This document shows positions 50,089-63,274 of a stretch of 64,000 bases of DNA, one piece after another (within the stretch, counting starts at the first letter, position 1; every line of letters starts with the position of its first letter). A program made the translations under genes and the position numbers. A model generated the notes under the pieces. The model searched no databases, was not told the origin of the DNA, and saw only the letters and a program-made list of their open reading frames with translations. Origin of the DNA: Lingula anatina (taxonomy: Eukaryota > Animalia > Brachiopoda); the NCBI GenBank assembly GCA_051362555.1, contig CM120641.1, positions 6,758,001-6,822,000 on the forward strand. Direction: 5' to 3'.

Positions 50089-53000
50089 TTATGAATATGT
50101 GTGTTGAAATTTATCCTTGGACCTTATGTATGTAAGTTGGTGAAATTTTTAAAGAATGCAATGTATATTAATCATAGTTTAAAATTACACTTACAATTAC
50201 ACTTGGTTCTGTGGGTAACAGGGTTATTTTATCGTCCGTCGACAACATGATTCTATGGGGAGAGTAGAGTGAAAAAAAGATTGACTAAGAACATGGTAAA
50301 TTGGTTGTGTTCTTGATGCTACACTGACTTTCCTACATTTACACACTTAAAAGCATTTTGAAATGGCAAATATGCAGTGGGTTATACTTAGTGGTATATT
50401 ACCTCTGCTGCTAACCTATGCATGTAATTACCACCTTAGCCAGTGTTATGAATCTTCAAGTAGAAACCATCTGATTGAGTTAAGAAGTGAAATAAACAGT
50501 GGAAAGAAAATCAATTTCAATCTTATGTCGGCTGAGTAATGGTCCTCTAGGGAAGTGATCTTCACTCAGCTTACAAATGTGAAGAGACAGGGCTCAGTCT
50601 TCTCCGCAACCTTGATAATCCCTCTCCACCAACCACCGCCACTCGGCCTAGGTATTCACACTACACCCTAACTGCGATCTCATTTAACCCAGCTAAAAGA
50701 TGTATCTGAAGTGTCATGTACCGGCCCAACCTTGCTTTGCTGAGTGATAGATTTAGTCCATGCAGCTGGACGACTGACTCAATATCTTGTGTTCAGAATT
50801 CTTGCCATTGCTGGAGAAAAGATGGTGGTTGTATATATATGTATATGGCAGTAATGAATGTGGTGGTGTGTTTGAATATACTAGTAGTTCCTATTTAAAA
50901 AATTTTTGGGATTAAACTTATTTGAATTTTGGTATTTTAAAACCAATCATATTTTTAAAAGTGCCATAAAATACTCTTTAGCCAGTTACACATGTAATTT
51001 GGAAGGTAGTGACCTTCATCAGCTAAAATATATATATATGTTCTTGATTTGATGCTGAGGGCAAAAAAGAAATAACCACAATTACATCAGAATTTTTTCT
51101 TATGTTTTTATTGCATCATTTTAATTCATCACAGAAAAAAATCAAATTGTAGATGTATGCATAAAATATGTTACAAAGAGAGAGTAGTTGAATGATAATA
51201 GTAAATCACCCAGTGTGACTAACTCCACCCCATGCAGTGACTGTACTTATGAGTTACTTCTAGTCTGGGTCCAGGTACTAGTACACTCTCTGAGCCCTGT
51301 TTCCTGTCTTTAACATCCATCTCAGGTATGAACAACCTCAGCCATGTTGTTTGTGTGAGGGCTGGAATGCTTGTTATTAAACTTGGTTGTTTTGAGAGCT
51401 GTGGCTGGAATGCTCTGGGTTAGGAGCATGGTATAAATGATTCAGTCAAACCCAGCAGCATTTTTACAGGCTTGAATTGAAAACTTTATCAAAAGGAAAA
51501 ATAACTTCTGATAATAAAGCAAATATGCAATTCACAAGTAGGGCATCAAATTTATCATAAAGAGTGCATAGGGCATAAATTGTTCGTTTTATGATAAACC
51601 ATAATATGATATTTGGTTAATTCAATTATCTTATTTAGCCATTGTATGAGTAGTTTGTCAAAATGGGTTATTTTATGAACATTGGAAGCATGTCATCAGT
51701 AATTTAATTGGTGAATAGATAAAAGTATGTTTACCTGAATAAATTTGGTCATTAAACAAACAAAAAAAAAAAAAAAACAACATCTCAACTGACCAGGTGG
51801 TTGAATTAATTAAATTACTCTTGTGTTCCTGAATGTTTTAGAAGCTGAAATAATGTGTTCAATAAATAATACATTTTCATCATTCTCTGGTTTTCCTTCC
51901 AAGTTCATGTTACTTGTTAAACTGATCAATACTGTGTGTCCCAGTAGTGACAAACAGGGCTTATTTAGAAATAAAGATACATTACCAAGTAAGATTATAT
52001 CAATTAGTTACTTGGTAATTCCCATGCTAAAGGAAATTAGATAGATGTTTATATAATATTTTTTGTGTAATTGAGTTAAACCCTGTAAAGCATTTTCCAA
52101 TATTGCCAGTTTTGTGCATTAACACTAGTGAGTGATATAATATATGAAAACCTGTGTTTTTTCAAAAAAATTCATGGGCACTATTTTCTTTCTCCAGGCT
52201 ACAAGACTACCACCATCCTGCTAGATGGCAAAAGGGTCAAGCTACAGATATGGTAAGCATGCTCAGGCCAGTTCAAATACGTATTCACACCAGGTTTGAT
52301 TTTAATCTATTGAGGGTGTAGCATTAGATCCCAACTTCCAAAAAACGCTCTCCTTCCAGTCACTTAGCTATTTGATGCAGACTCCCTAGACACTGTAGTC
52401 AGTGTAATGTAATCTGATACTTGATACCTGCCCCATCTAGCTCCCCTCTCGTATTGACTTCCATTTGTTATATTATTCGACTCTCAGATAGAACGAAAGT
52501 GAATAAGGGGGGATATTGGGAAAACATTGTCAGATACTGCATTATAACCAGACAACATAGATCTCAAATCCTACAGCACAACAAAAACCTCTCTGATCTT
52601 TTTATTTTTTGTGGTCCATTTTTTAAGCTAATTATAAATCATTAATTTCTTAATTACTGAAAACAAATTTTATATTAATATTTACCAAAACAACGTTTGT
52701 TGGTGGTGCTAGAAAAAAACTATTTCCAAAAGAGGAATTGGACTGATGCAAGGGAGTAGAATTTGTAACAAAAGTGTCAAATTTTGCAAAAATGACAGTG
52801 AAGTAGTCACAGAAAGTACAGTTTTGCATGTGCCTAAACAATTTATCAACAGACACCTGTACACCTAGCCATCACCTGTGTTTGCCTGTATTGTCACCAT
52901 AAGAACAAATGCGAGAACGATGATTTCTAAATGATGGAAGTAATTTAAATTTAATTGGTCTTGGTTTTCTCATTATCAGATTCTGAAGCTTCACAGTGGA

Positions 53001-56000
53001 CAAATTGCTTGTGCTTGCATATTGCTCAAAACAGTAAAGAAAAATAACTAGCATTTTTTCACCAGTTTATTATTTTTAATGAAAAAATCTGCCACAGTGT
53101 CTTTTTAAAAATATTTTTGATTTTGCTTTGAGTGCCATTTTCTATAATATCCCTCACTGCTGAATGTTAACATAATACGAAACTAGTACCAGAAGGTCTA
53201 TTTAATCTTGTCTGAATTGTAATGTTCAAGGCTAAGAAAGAGTGAGAGCTTTGAGAGACCAGACATAATGCAGGCTGTGTTACATAGTAAAGCAGGCTGG
53301 TAGCGATAATGAGCCAAGGTGAACAATGATGGTGATCATGTACCTGACATGATGAACAGGACCTCGAATATAGTGATACTGTTCCTCCCCTTTGTTGGCA
53401 AGTAAACAGTGAGCATATCATCTCTGGTGTGGAATTTCTTTTGTTATTTGGTAATATTGCAAGTAAAGAGTGGAAAATATTTTGGCTTGGAATTTTTTGT
53501 GTTGTTTTGTATTATTTTTGTGAAAACATACCATTTTGGGCTAAGGATTTGTTGTTTGGTTATATTGCACGTACCTTTAAATGTTAGGACTTTCAGGGTG
53601 TGATAATAAACCTTGTCTTGTTGCCTGAGACAAATATACGGAATCATTGAACAAGTAAAAACCAACTCTGGTTGCCTCTGTAAGCCCACATTGGCAAGTG
53701 ATTTATTCAACCTAATATCAACTTTTTCCTCACATTTTAAAAAGAAGTGAAAAATTCTTTGCAAAGAATTTTTTCATGGCAAATCTAGTGCCCCAGAACC
53801 TTAAATATCAACCTGGTCTGATTGATAAAGGAGCCCTGTAGTACTTCTGTATATATTGTTTGGGCTTGGCATTATGGATCCTAAGTAAAGATACTTTTAA
53901 ACTTGAATGTAATATTTTTTAGAAAAATGATGTGTGGTCGACTGAAATTTTATTCCTCACTAGGTTTGTATTAATATGTGGAATCTCCAAACTGTCTTCA
54001 TAGATCCCAATAAGGCAGTCCCCAGTGGAACATGGTAACACTGGTTACCTTGTGTGTCACTGTATTCAGAGACAGAAATTAAATGAGCAGTGTGTTGTTC
54101 TATCTGTTTACAGCATGGCCATTATTTTTTTTAAACTAAACTGTCTATACATAATATAAACATTTCAAGTTTTGCAATTTGGCATAACTTACCTTCTTAA
54201 ATTTTGGCCTCAAGAATTTGACAAAATAGATCAAAGGGCAAATCAATGCACATTGCAGATAACCAAGGATGTTTTTAAGATAAGGAAAAGAAACTACAAT
54301 GTACTGTATTATCATTTTATACAGATCAGTCAGTGATACCAGAATATAACAATATGTTGAAGGTCCTTAGATATCAGAGATGGTCATAACTGTAAATTGT
54401 AGATAATTCCTCAGGCTTAGTATGACTGTTACAATGACACCATTATTCCATTAGACAGTTTGAGTTTACAAAAAGATCTGCATTGTACATCCTCATTTGC
54501 GGTGTCTTTATGAGGTCCTGCAATCAATCATTCATACACTTGAGGATCAATGGTCACATTCAGAACAGCAGACTAACAGATCCACGAATCAAATATGGTC
54601 AACCCACTTAAATGCCTGTTGCATAATCCCTGCAGGGAATCTATTCAGTGTCTTTCAAGGGATTATGCGGCAAGCTTTTAAGTGAGTCACCATATTTGAT
54701 CTGCGGACTAGATAGTCTGCTGTTGTGAATGGGGCCAATGTTGCCCCACTTTGGGACCATGTAAATGTGTTAATGATCACATGAACATTTGAAAATCTAT
54801 TTTCTTCAGGGACACCTCAGGCCAGGGAAGGTTTTGTACCATATTCCGGTCTTACTCCAGAGGGGCCCAGGTAAGCCTACTTTTATATTAAGCCCAATAA
54901 ATATCTGGGATGTTATTCAAACCTCGTTTGGCTCATGTTTGGTCTGATTAAATGTGAATGAAATTTGAAATGGCAAAAAGGTTATCAGGCTATCTGACTT
55001 GGAAATGAATGGAAACGTTGTTGTCCTCTGTTACCGTCGAGGTTAGATAAAAATTGCTTTGATTATGGATACAATATTCTGGCTGATTATTAAGGAATGT
55101 CTGGTATTTTCTGACTTTGAAAAATGGTGTTCAGTTATTTTTGTTGTCAAGATGGGTGGATTCAGAATAGCCAACAAAGTTTCTCAAATTTGTAGATAAG
55201 ATTTAAAAAAAAATTTTTTAATGCTTGAAGTCATGATTCTGACAAATAATGTTATTTTAATTGTATGTAATATAAAAAATGCATTTCTGTTGTATTCACC
55301 TGGAATATTTTAGGTGGATTGGTGGAATAAAATAAAAATGAGATTATTTTCATTTTAGGGTATTTTGCTTGTGTATGACATCACAAATAAATGGTCATTT
55401 GATGGTATAGACAGGTGGATCAAGGAAATAGATGATGTAAGTACAAGGGGTTTTTCCTCAATTTTGAGCTGACTATTATAAATCATGCAATAGGTGCAAA
55501 GATGGAAATACATTAATGTGCCACTGATAATAGAAATTTCTGATGGTCAGTGCTAGAATATACATTGATTACTATATTGTAAAATCGGTGCATTACTTTT
55601 ACAGTTTATAGCCCCAAATTGTTTTGTTTTTGATAACATAAACCATGACACTAATTAAAAAACGACAGCTTTAAAAGCTTTGAACACAGCAATTTGTTAA
55701 TTAAGAAACATGCATTTTTTTTGTTTGTTTTGTTTGTTCATGTTTTGACTACTTATATAATAGTTCATGTATCCACACAGTAGACCTGTACTGAGTCTGT
55801 AAGATTACTGAAAGGGAATAAACACTGGGGAACTTTTTTTACTCAATACTGCTGTTACCTGACTCCTTAAACCCAATCATGTTTACTTCCACATTCAATC
55901 ACTCCCCATGGTGTAGACTGCAATCCTGACAAAAAAGCTGTAGTGCTAGAAGGCATATTTAAGTGCAATACTGAATATGCCTTTTCAATATCTGGAAGCC

Positions 56001-58568
56001 TCCTGTTTTTTAAGGGGCAGGGATACATTTTGCTCTGACTGGCTATAGCTGAATTAAAGTTATGTGGGTGAATGTCAGTGGTTTCAGTTCACACAGCCTT
56101 TTGGAGGTGTTTTGCAAGAAACATGGAGGAAAAGGAAAAGGTTCAATTCTAGCCACCTGGGGATTTGTATATATTAATATATTGCAATTTTGATCCCTTG
56201 AATGTTCACTATGTAATTTTATGTTATAGGTGATAAATCATTTTATTTTTCTTGGGCTTGTGTACAAGTGAAATTTAATAAGATGTTGGTTTGGTATTGA
56301 TTGCAGTCTGGTAAACTGTTCTTGTAATAAAAAATTACTTTTTGAAAAAATTTTTGCTGGGATGATAATGATAAATAGATGAACATCTGTAAATAATGCA
56401 TGTTGTGTCGAATAAGAACTGATTGATATCCTATTTCAGAGCTCTTTTCAGGCAGTGACCCTATCAGGCAAACAGGTCTGAAAATCTACTTGCCCCACTC
56501 CAAAATAAAACGATTAAAAAGTGTGTGTATTTGGGGGGTGGGGGTCTTTCTTCTCAATGTATTGCAAAAACAGCATGGTTTTATTTGAATTAAACACTCG
56601 CAAAATTTTGTTTTGCTTTTTAAAAAATATTATGTAACTTTTAACATAAATTGTTCCACTTACAGTGAAAATACACCATTTCAACATTCTCCTCTACTCT
56701 CCCAGGTGTATGCTTGTTCTCAGTTGTAGTCTCCACCAGATTTGCCAAAATACTTCTTAGACATAATTAGTCGTTAAAGTTTTTTTATACAAAAAGACCC
56801 CTGTGCATTGTCTGTGGGATATCACAGCCTATGCACTGTTGCTACATACAATAAATGCTGTTGTGAAATTTAGGCGAAAAGCTTTATTTAATCTTCCAAA
56901 ATATAAATAAATAAATAAATAAATAAATAAAATCCAAGTACTAGTAATATTGTATATGTGGCCAAGTGTTCGATTAGTAAGTCACTTGCATTTGCAGGCA
57001 AGTATGACTTAGATTCCATACCAGCTTCAGAAATCACTTGCACCATTTAGATATATAGAGCTCTGACTGTTTGTCATCAGAGCTAAATGCTAAAACCTAT
57101 TTCCTGCTGTGCATTATTAATATCTTAAAGTGGATTAGGAGAGAGATCAAGATATTATGAAGGGAATCAGGGACAAACATTGAAAAAATATAACAAAGCT
57201 ACACTTATACGCTGATTTTTCACAATTTTATGAATAAACTATATCCTCAGTATTAATAAAATATTTTTATGCCAAATTAATGAATTGGCTTAACTTGAAT
57301 ATTCTGTTTCTTCTTTTATAAACTTTTTTCAGATCTTCACTTATGCAGCAATATAAATTCATTTTGTGCTGTTTCATTTTGCTAAAAGAGGTTATTCTGT
57401 ATTATCCCCTGAAAATGTGCATTTACTAGTAATTTTCACTTTATATATGTCTGCTCCACATATTGGCAAGCAGATAGGTTCTCTTACATGTACTGCTGGC
57501 TCCTTGTGCTGACAGACAGTGGTCCATGTATGGTTCTCAGTCATGAACCACTGGCCACTTGTGCTGACAGAAGTGCCAGCAGATGTAAGGTAGATACTGT
57601 AGCACAGACATTTTCTACAAATTCCAGAGCTGCAGAAATCTGAGGGCCTTACATTGCTCTAGTCTAGGGAGGGCAGAAAATATAAGTAGTCACTGGAAGA
57701 TTAACTGTTTTTATACAGGCTTGGTAATTCATCTCTTCATTATGCTAATGTTGGCTAATGTTTTGTTCGCCTACTTGGTAAATTTCTTGTAAAAATCAGG
57801 GTTGTTTTTGTTTATTTCTTGTAGTGATATAGTCTTATGTTTTGTCTATACAATAAATGTTAATTAAAGTCTTTTAATGTTTAGGGCTATGTTTTCCACT
57901 AGACTACTAAATAGCAAAGGTTTCTTTTGATGATGTCTTAAGTTTTTTTATTATTCTGTAACTGTAATATGTACTGTACAATTGCTGTGATGGAACTGAA
58001 AAGAAATTGCAAACATTCTACCAAGAATTTCATATCTATGCTGCATGATTTGAATTTGGGTTGTATATTAATTGTGTGGATTGTGACAGTACACAATATA
58101 CTTGTGTTGTACATACACTACAAAGTTGTTGTTGTCAGACTGAAAAGAATTGGCAGCCACTCACAATTCATAGAATTACATATCCTGCATCGGTTGGGTA
58201 TAATCAGACTAATTGCACAAGTATTGATTAGGAATGAGTCTTTCACTACGGCTTCATTACTGGCAGGTTATTACAATTTGAAGGCCAGAAGATTTATGGC
58301 CAGGATGGCTTGGGATAACAGATGGTTGTTCATCTCTTTCTCAGTTTGCTATCTGATGGGTTTCTACAACTCTGGCAAGATGGTTTTTGCTTGATAAGCA
58401 AAATTAATTTTAGTAGGGGTACTTATGTGCAAATAGGAAATGGATGATCTCTATGTGTCTATGACTTAAACCTCTTTTAGAATGATTAAATATTCTTATA
58501 AAAGCAGTCCTATGTGTTATATGTGTGTGTGTCTGTGTTATATATATATATATATCATTCCTAATCAA

Positions 58569-58661
<93 letters not shown>

Positions 58662-60144
58662 CACCAACTTTATTTCTTCCTACAGCCTTCCTATTTCTTA
58701 GCAAAATAAGAAATTTCATTTGGTGTTTTTCCCCTCTGCTTGCGACTCTCTGGATATACTAACCCATTTATTGGTTTAATTTCCCATTTACAGCAAAGCC
58801 AGGAAATTGGATGAAACAAATGCTCCTGAAATTGGCTTTCTTGTTTTGTTCATTTGTTTTTGTGTTATTCTTTAGGCAGTTGCCACTAAAAAGTGACTTT
58901 AATCTTTGATTTGATGTACTGCTATTAATCAGCACTTGTAACAAAAAAAAGAGTGTATTTGTGCAGAGGGGGAGGGGGGGGGCAAAGTTGAGGTTCTGAT
59001 GTGTATTGGGTAAAAATATATATGATTTAAAAATTGTTTTGATAGGTGGCAAACACTGCAGATTTAAAATTAATATTGAGTTGTTATGTTTGTCTTCATA
59101 TTGTGGAATATGTGTTGAAGAATTGTACAGGAAATTAAAGGGAATCACTAATGGTGAATATAGTAATTCATGACTCTTTTTTTCCAGCCACACCCACACT
59201 TTCCAAAACTTGCTGCACTGAACAAAATTTTAGAGCTAGTCTTCTAGTCAGTTATTATCAGTTAATTCTTTTCTTTTCCAGCATGCACCAGGAGTCCCAA
59301 AAATTCTTGTTGGCAATCGTCTCCACTTGGCCTACAAACGTCAAGTGAGTGAAAATGAAGCTGAGGCATATGCAGTAAAGAATGGGATGGCATTCTTTGA
59401 AGTCAGCCCCCTGTGTGACTTCAACATCATTGAGTCATTTGCTGAGCTATCCAGGGTGGCCTTAAGAAGGAATGGCATGAGCAGGTGCTGGGGGCCTAAT
59501 AAAGGTAGCAATATAATATTTATGATGTTTTTTTATGAATTTTTTTCAGACAATTGTATCCAGTTATTTATTATTCATTTATATATTAACAACAGCTTTT
59601 TAATTTATTTATTATCATTGGTACCCCTTTTTTCCATTTTTCCCCCAAATATGCAGTTTCAGAGGAGTTTTCATTTGTTGTATATATTACAATAATTTTA
59701 GTCCATTAGTCATATGACGTGAAATTTGCATCTTTACATTGCATACATATGCAGGAATTGTTTTTTTCAAACTTCCAAAAACTTTAATTTTCTTTTGACT
59801 TAACAGAAGAAAAACAGATGCAAATTCGTGTAGATCTGTTTATAATTTCACAATGTGCTTAATTGAAAAAATGGAACACTCAATATGCCTGCTCATTTTT
59901 TCTAGTGCTAAGTCTTCAAGAGATGTGCTGTAAGACCATAGTGTCAAACACAACTGTATATGGGATAGAGCAACTCCCACTTCCAACCTCCATCAAGTCC
60001 CATCTCAAGTCTTATCTCCAAGCCAACAAGTCACGGAGTAGAATGCAGAGTTTCACCCATAGGGACAAACATAAGAAACCCAAAATACTGAACCCCTCGG
60101 ACTCACCGCCAGCAAATTGCAGAAAGAGCTGTGTTATCAGCTAG
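47844..60144 (+). CDS. RAB40: Ras-related protein Rab-40 (Rab GTPase with SOCS box and CAAX), at least 6 exons
   Basis: Exons 47844(or 47787)-48024, 52198-52252, 54810-54870, 55359-55436, 59282-59504, 59906-60144. Motifs [73 protein letters not shown] box [13 protein letters not shown] and C-terminal CVIS. Confidence 0.97.
49169..49485. mobile_element. 317-bp foldback MITE with 110-bp TIRs in RAB40 intron 1
   Basis: Arms 49169-49278 and 49376-49485 are reverse complements, perfect for the first 53 bp with 5 mismatches in total. CAGG...CCTG termini and ATAAT on both flanks. Confidence 0.92.
50051..50088. repeat. 38-bp poly-C tract
   Basis: Read directly. Confidence 0.95.
58571..58656. repeat. 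(TA)n microsatellite
   Basis: Read directly; shorter (TA)n tracts also occur near 27845 and 42573. Confidence 0.95.
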
Positions 60145-62579
60145 CATACTGTTTTATATGGTCAGAATATTTTCTGTGCTGTCAGTGACAGAAATTATAC
60201 CAAGTTTGCCAGAGTTATATTTTGGAAACAAAATTTACATGGGCCAAAAATTCTTTGAACAGCTGATGATACTTTCATAATTCATTTTTTTATTTGTCTT
60301 CATGGAGCATATTTTTATGTGTAAGCATATCAATTCAGTTATCAGTATAATTTGTTTGATTTTTTAAACAATAGTTTTATTTACTTGATGATTTGTAGTT
60401 TACATCTCTAGCTGACAGCACAGAACAATAATGACCTTGCAATAGATATGAATGAGCTTGTTTAGTGGTGAAAATGGCTGGTAAAATGGTCCCAAAGTCA
60501 TGTAAATTATGATACATGAACCAAGAAGGAGGCACCAGACTCCATATTAATAAATGAAGTGAGAATGTTTAAAGTCCAGGGAAAACTGACCATATTTGCT
60601 ACATTTAACCCATGGTGCTATGCTGACTTACCATATATATGGGGTTCCCTGTACAGTATTGTTAGATGTTTTATACAGCTACAAAAATGGCAATTCTCAA
60701 TAATGTTGTGGAATATTATGCACACCTTGATTTGACCTTGATCTTGACCTTGATTCTGTTTAAAGTGGCCACTAGATCTATCAATATGGGAGAATTGTGG
60801 CCACTTATTGGGAAGAAAAATGCTAGCTGCAATGTTTTAGTCGATGGCAAGTTTACATGTAATAATTTATTTATGTGAGTTGTATTCAGTTACAATGGGT
60901 ATCCCCAGTTCTGTCACTTTTTATCCATCCCATACATTTCTTTTGGGGGATGCAAAAAAATACAGCAAAATTGATGGAATTATTAAAATATACTTCAAAT
61001 TATATATGAAAAAGCTGTAAACATGTTGCTGTATTCATCCATATAATATTCATTGCCATTAGCATTGATGTCCATTCATTAGAGTTGATGTTGATATTGT
61101 ATTAATTGTTCTTACCCGTCCTACGCCATATATCTATAGCAACTTTGATGAATCTCACAGAATAGTGGTTAACCAGGTGGAGGTCTGACACAGATTGTGT
61201 TTGGTGAGCCTGAGAATTGTGTCAGATATGACAGTTAACGTTATGGCTGTGATTACTCGCCTTGCTATAAGGCCGTAGGCAGCATCCATTTGAATCTGCA
61301 CCCAGACAGTTCCCATCATTGTTACAACACCAGCCAGAAACTTGGAGCAGATTCTGGTCTTTTTAGTCATGTGTTGTGAGAGATATACGGTATGATGAAA
61401 TGTTTAGATACGTAAATTGTTTTTAAGAAAACGTGCTGTAAATGTCATGGATAGTATATAAATATTCATTAAAATTTTGTATTTCTACGATTTTTTGGTG
61501 GAAAAATTATTTAATGTGATTTTCATTATTATGAGAAGTAGGTCGATTATTGCATGGCAGAATATTGTTACTGTGTTTTGATGCATCAAAATTGTGGTTT
61601 TAGGACTACCATTAATTTAAACTATTTAGTACATTACTTGACATCGTTTTCGACTGTTAATGTAGGGTGTATCTAGTTGTTTCTTTATCGGTTTTTTATA
61701 ACACAGATCGAAATCGTGGGAAATGGGAGAACGCAAATTAAATTAAATAAAATACAGGAGCACTGGATTTGCCTTTAAGAACAACGTTGTGACTTTACAT
61801 CACTTAATTGACAAGCAAACTCCTTTTTAAAGATATCAAGAAAGAGATGAGCGATATTCCAATCAGGCTTTCGTCGGAATCAAATATGTACACGAAACCC
61901 AACTTTTTATGATAACAATTGTTTAAGAAATTACGTTTCTGTGCAAATTATTCTGGCTATTGTACTTTTGCAATTGCTTCTGTTAAGGGGAGGAAAGGGC
62001 AATTTGTATATAAGTTCAGTATTTGTAAATATTTCATAGTAATGTAAATGTTATTAAAAGTTCTGTACAAATATATCTTTTATACGTGGGACGTCGACGG
62101 TAGAGATGATATAAACAGTGGGCAGGTGACAATTCAACTAATAACAGTAACTACTTCCGTAGGTTCCAATCTCTGGGTGCTTTAAGATAGAGCTTGGATA
62201 AAATCGGCTGCATTATAAATTCATTTTAATTTAAAAATTATAAGTGGAAACTTGTTGTTGATGAAATGTTTGCCAACAAAAACAGAAACTAAGCACGTCT
62301 TGTTCTTACCAGTATTGTTACCTATATTGCAATATTGTTTATTGAAACCTTGCCAATTTTCGTTGAAATTGTCATGATATCTGACAGCTCCTACTTGTTG
62401 GCCCACGTTTAGCTGTTTAAAAAATAAAAAAAAATTAAATCAATACATTTTTGTTGTATGTCGTATGTACATTGTGTATTCGACGAATTTTCTATTTAGT
62501 CTCAAAAGTGTCGTGTAATACCTTTCATCTACTTTGTTCTTTGCGTTTTATCAAAACACTGAAAGCTTTCCCCGCTTAA

Positions 62580-62812
62580 GCCTAGATTACATTTACACGG
62601 GTGTCGTGCGATGAAATTATCCGTACGATTTTTTTTTAGTCGTAAGGAGCTACAAGCTACGCCTAGTCTGTCTACATTACATGGTCTTAAATCCGTGCGA
62701 CTTCGCGCGGCCACCGTCTACCTCCGCTCAGACGCCGTACGAAAAGGGTATTACGGGCAGTAGGGCCTATTCGTGCACCGTACGGGCATTGCATTTTAAA
62801 TGTTATCTAGGC
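62580..62812. mobile_element. About 230-bp CpG-rich MITE with TTAA (or TA) flanks
   Basis: TTAA-GCCTAGATTACATTTA ... TAAATGTTATCTAGGC-TTAA (one mismatch), with internal CCGTACG repeats. Confidence 0.75.
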
Positions 62813-63274
62813 TTAAAGCTTATTAGATATATTTAACGTGCATTTGCAAGTTCAAAACGACTTGCATGCAGCATGATTGATGTCGGCATACGTTGCGTAT
62901 TGTACATATGCCCTTCTTGTGTTTACCTGTATACGGCAAAGCTCTAGTTGCTTGGTAGGTCACACCAATGCATTGACTACGCAAGCACACAGAAGGTCGA
63001 TAAACAAATCAGTCGTATGTATTGACATATGGGTCGATTATTCATACCTGGTTAAGGAGAAATATGGCCGCCGTGTCATAACATAACCACTGCGATGTCA
63101 TTGCCTTTGGGGAATTTCTCAAGAGATAGGTTTAATTACGTGAGACAAGAGATGATACAGGCAGCATAACCGCACGCGTTCGAGGTGGATGATCATTACA
63201 AAAACATAAGATGTATTGACAGTTGATGGTGTATATATTTGTCTATATAACGGAGACCACCGGCCGTCTCAAGA

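Noticed and set aside
51300-51335. CTCAG|GTATGA as a recursive splice site or the RAB40 microexon
   Set aside because: A single short motif in a 4-kb intron, with no convincing downstream donor giving the missing residues.
52289-53817. Possible element bounded by ACCAGGTTTGATTTT and AAATATCAACCTGGT
   Set aside because: The inverted match is imperfect and gapped, and there is no TSD.
56437-57065. Possible hAT MITE with CAGAGCTCT...AGAGCTCTG ends and internal TACTTGCCC/GGCAAGTA motifs
   Set aside because: Only a 9-bp TIR match and no clean TSD. Plausibly an old element, but not supportable.
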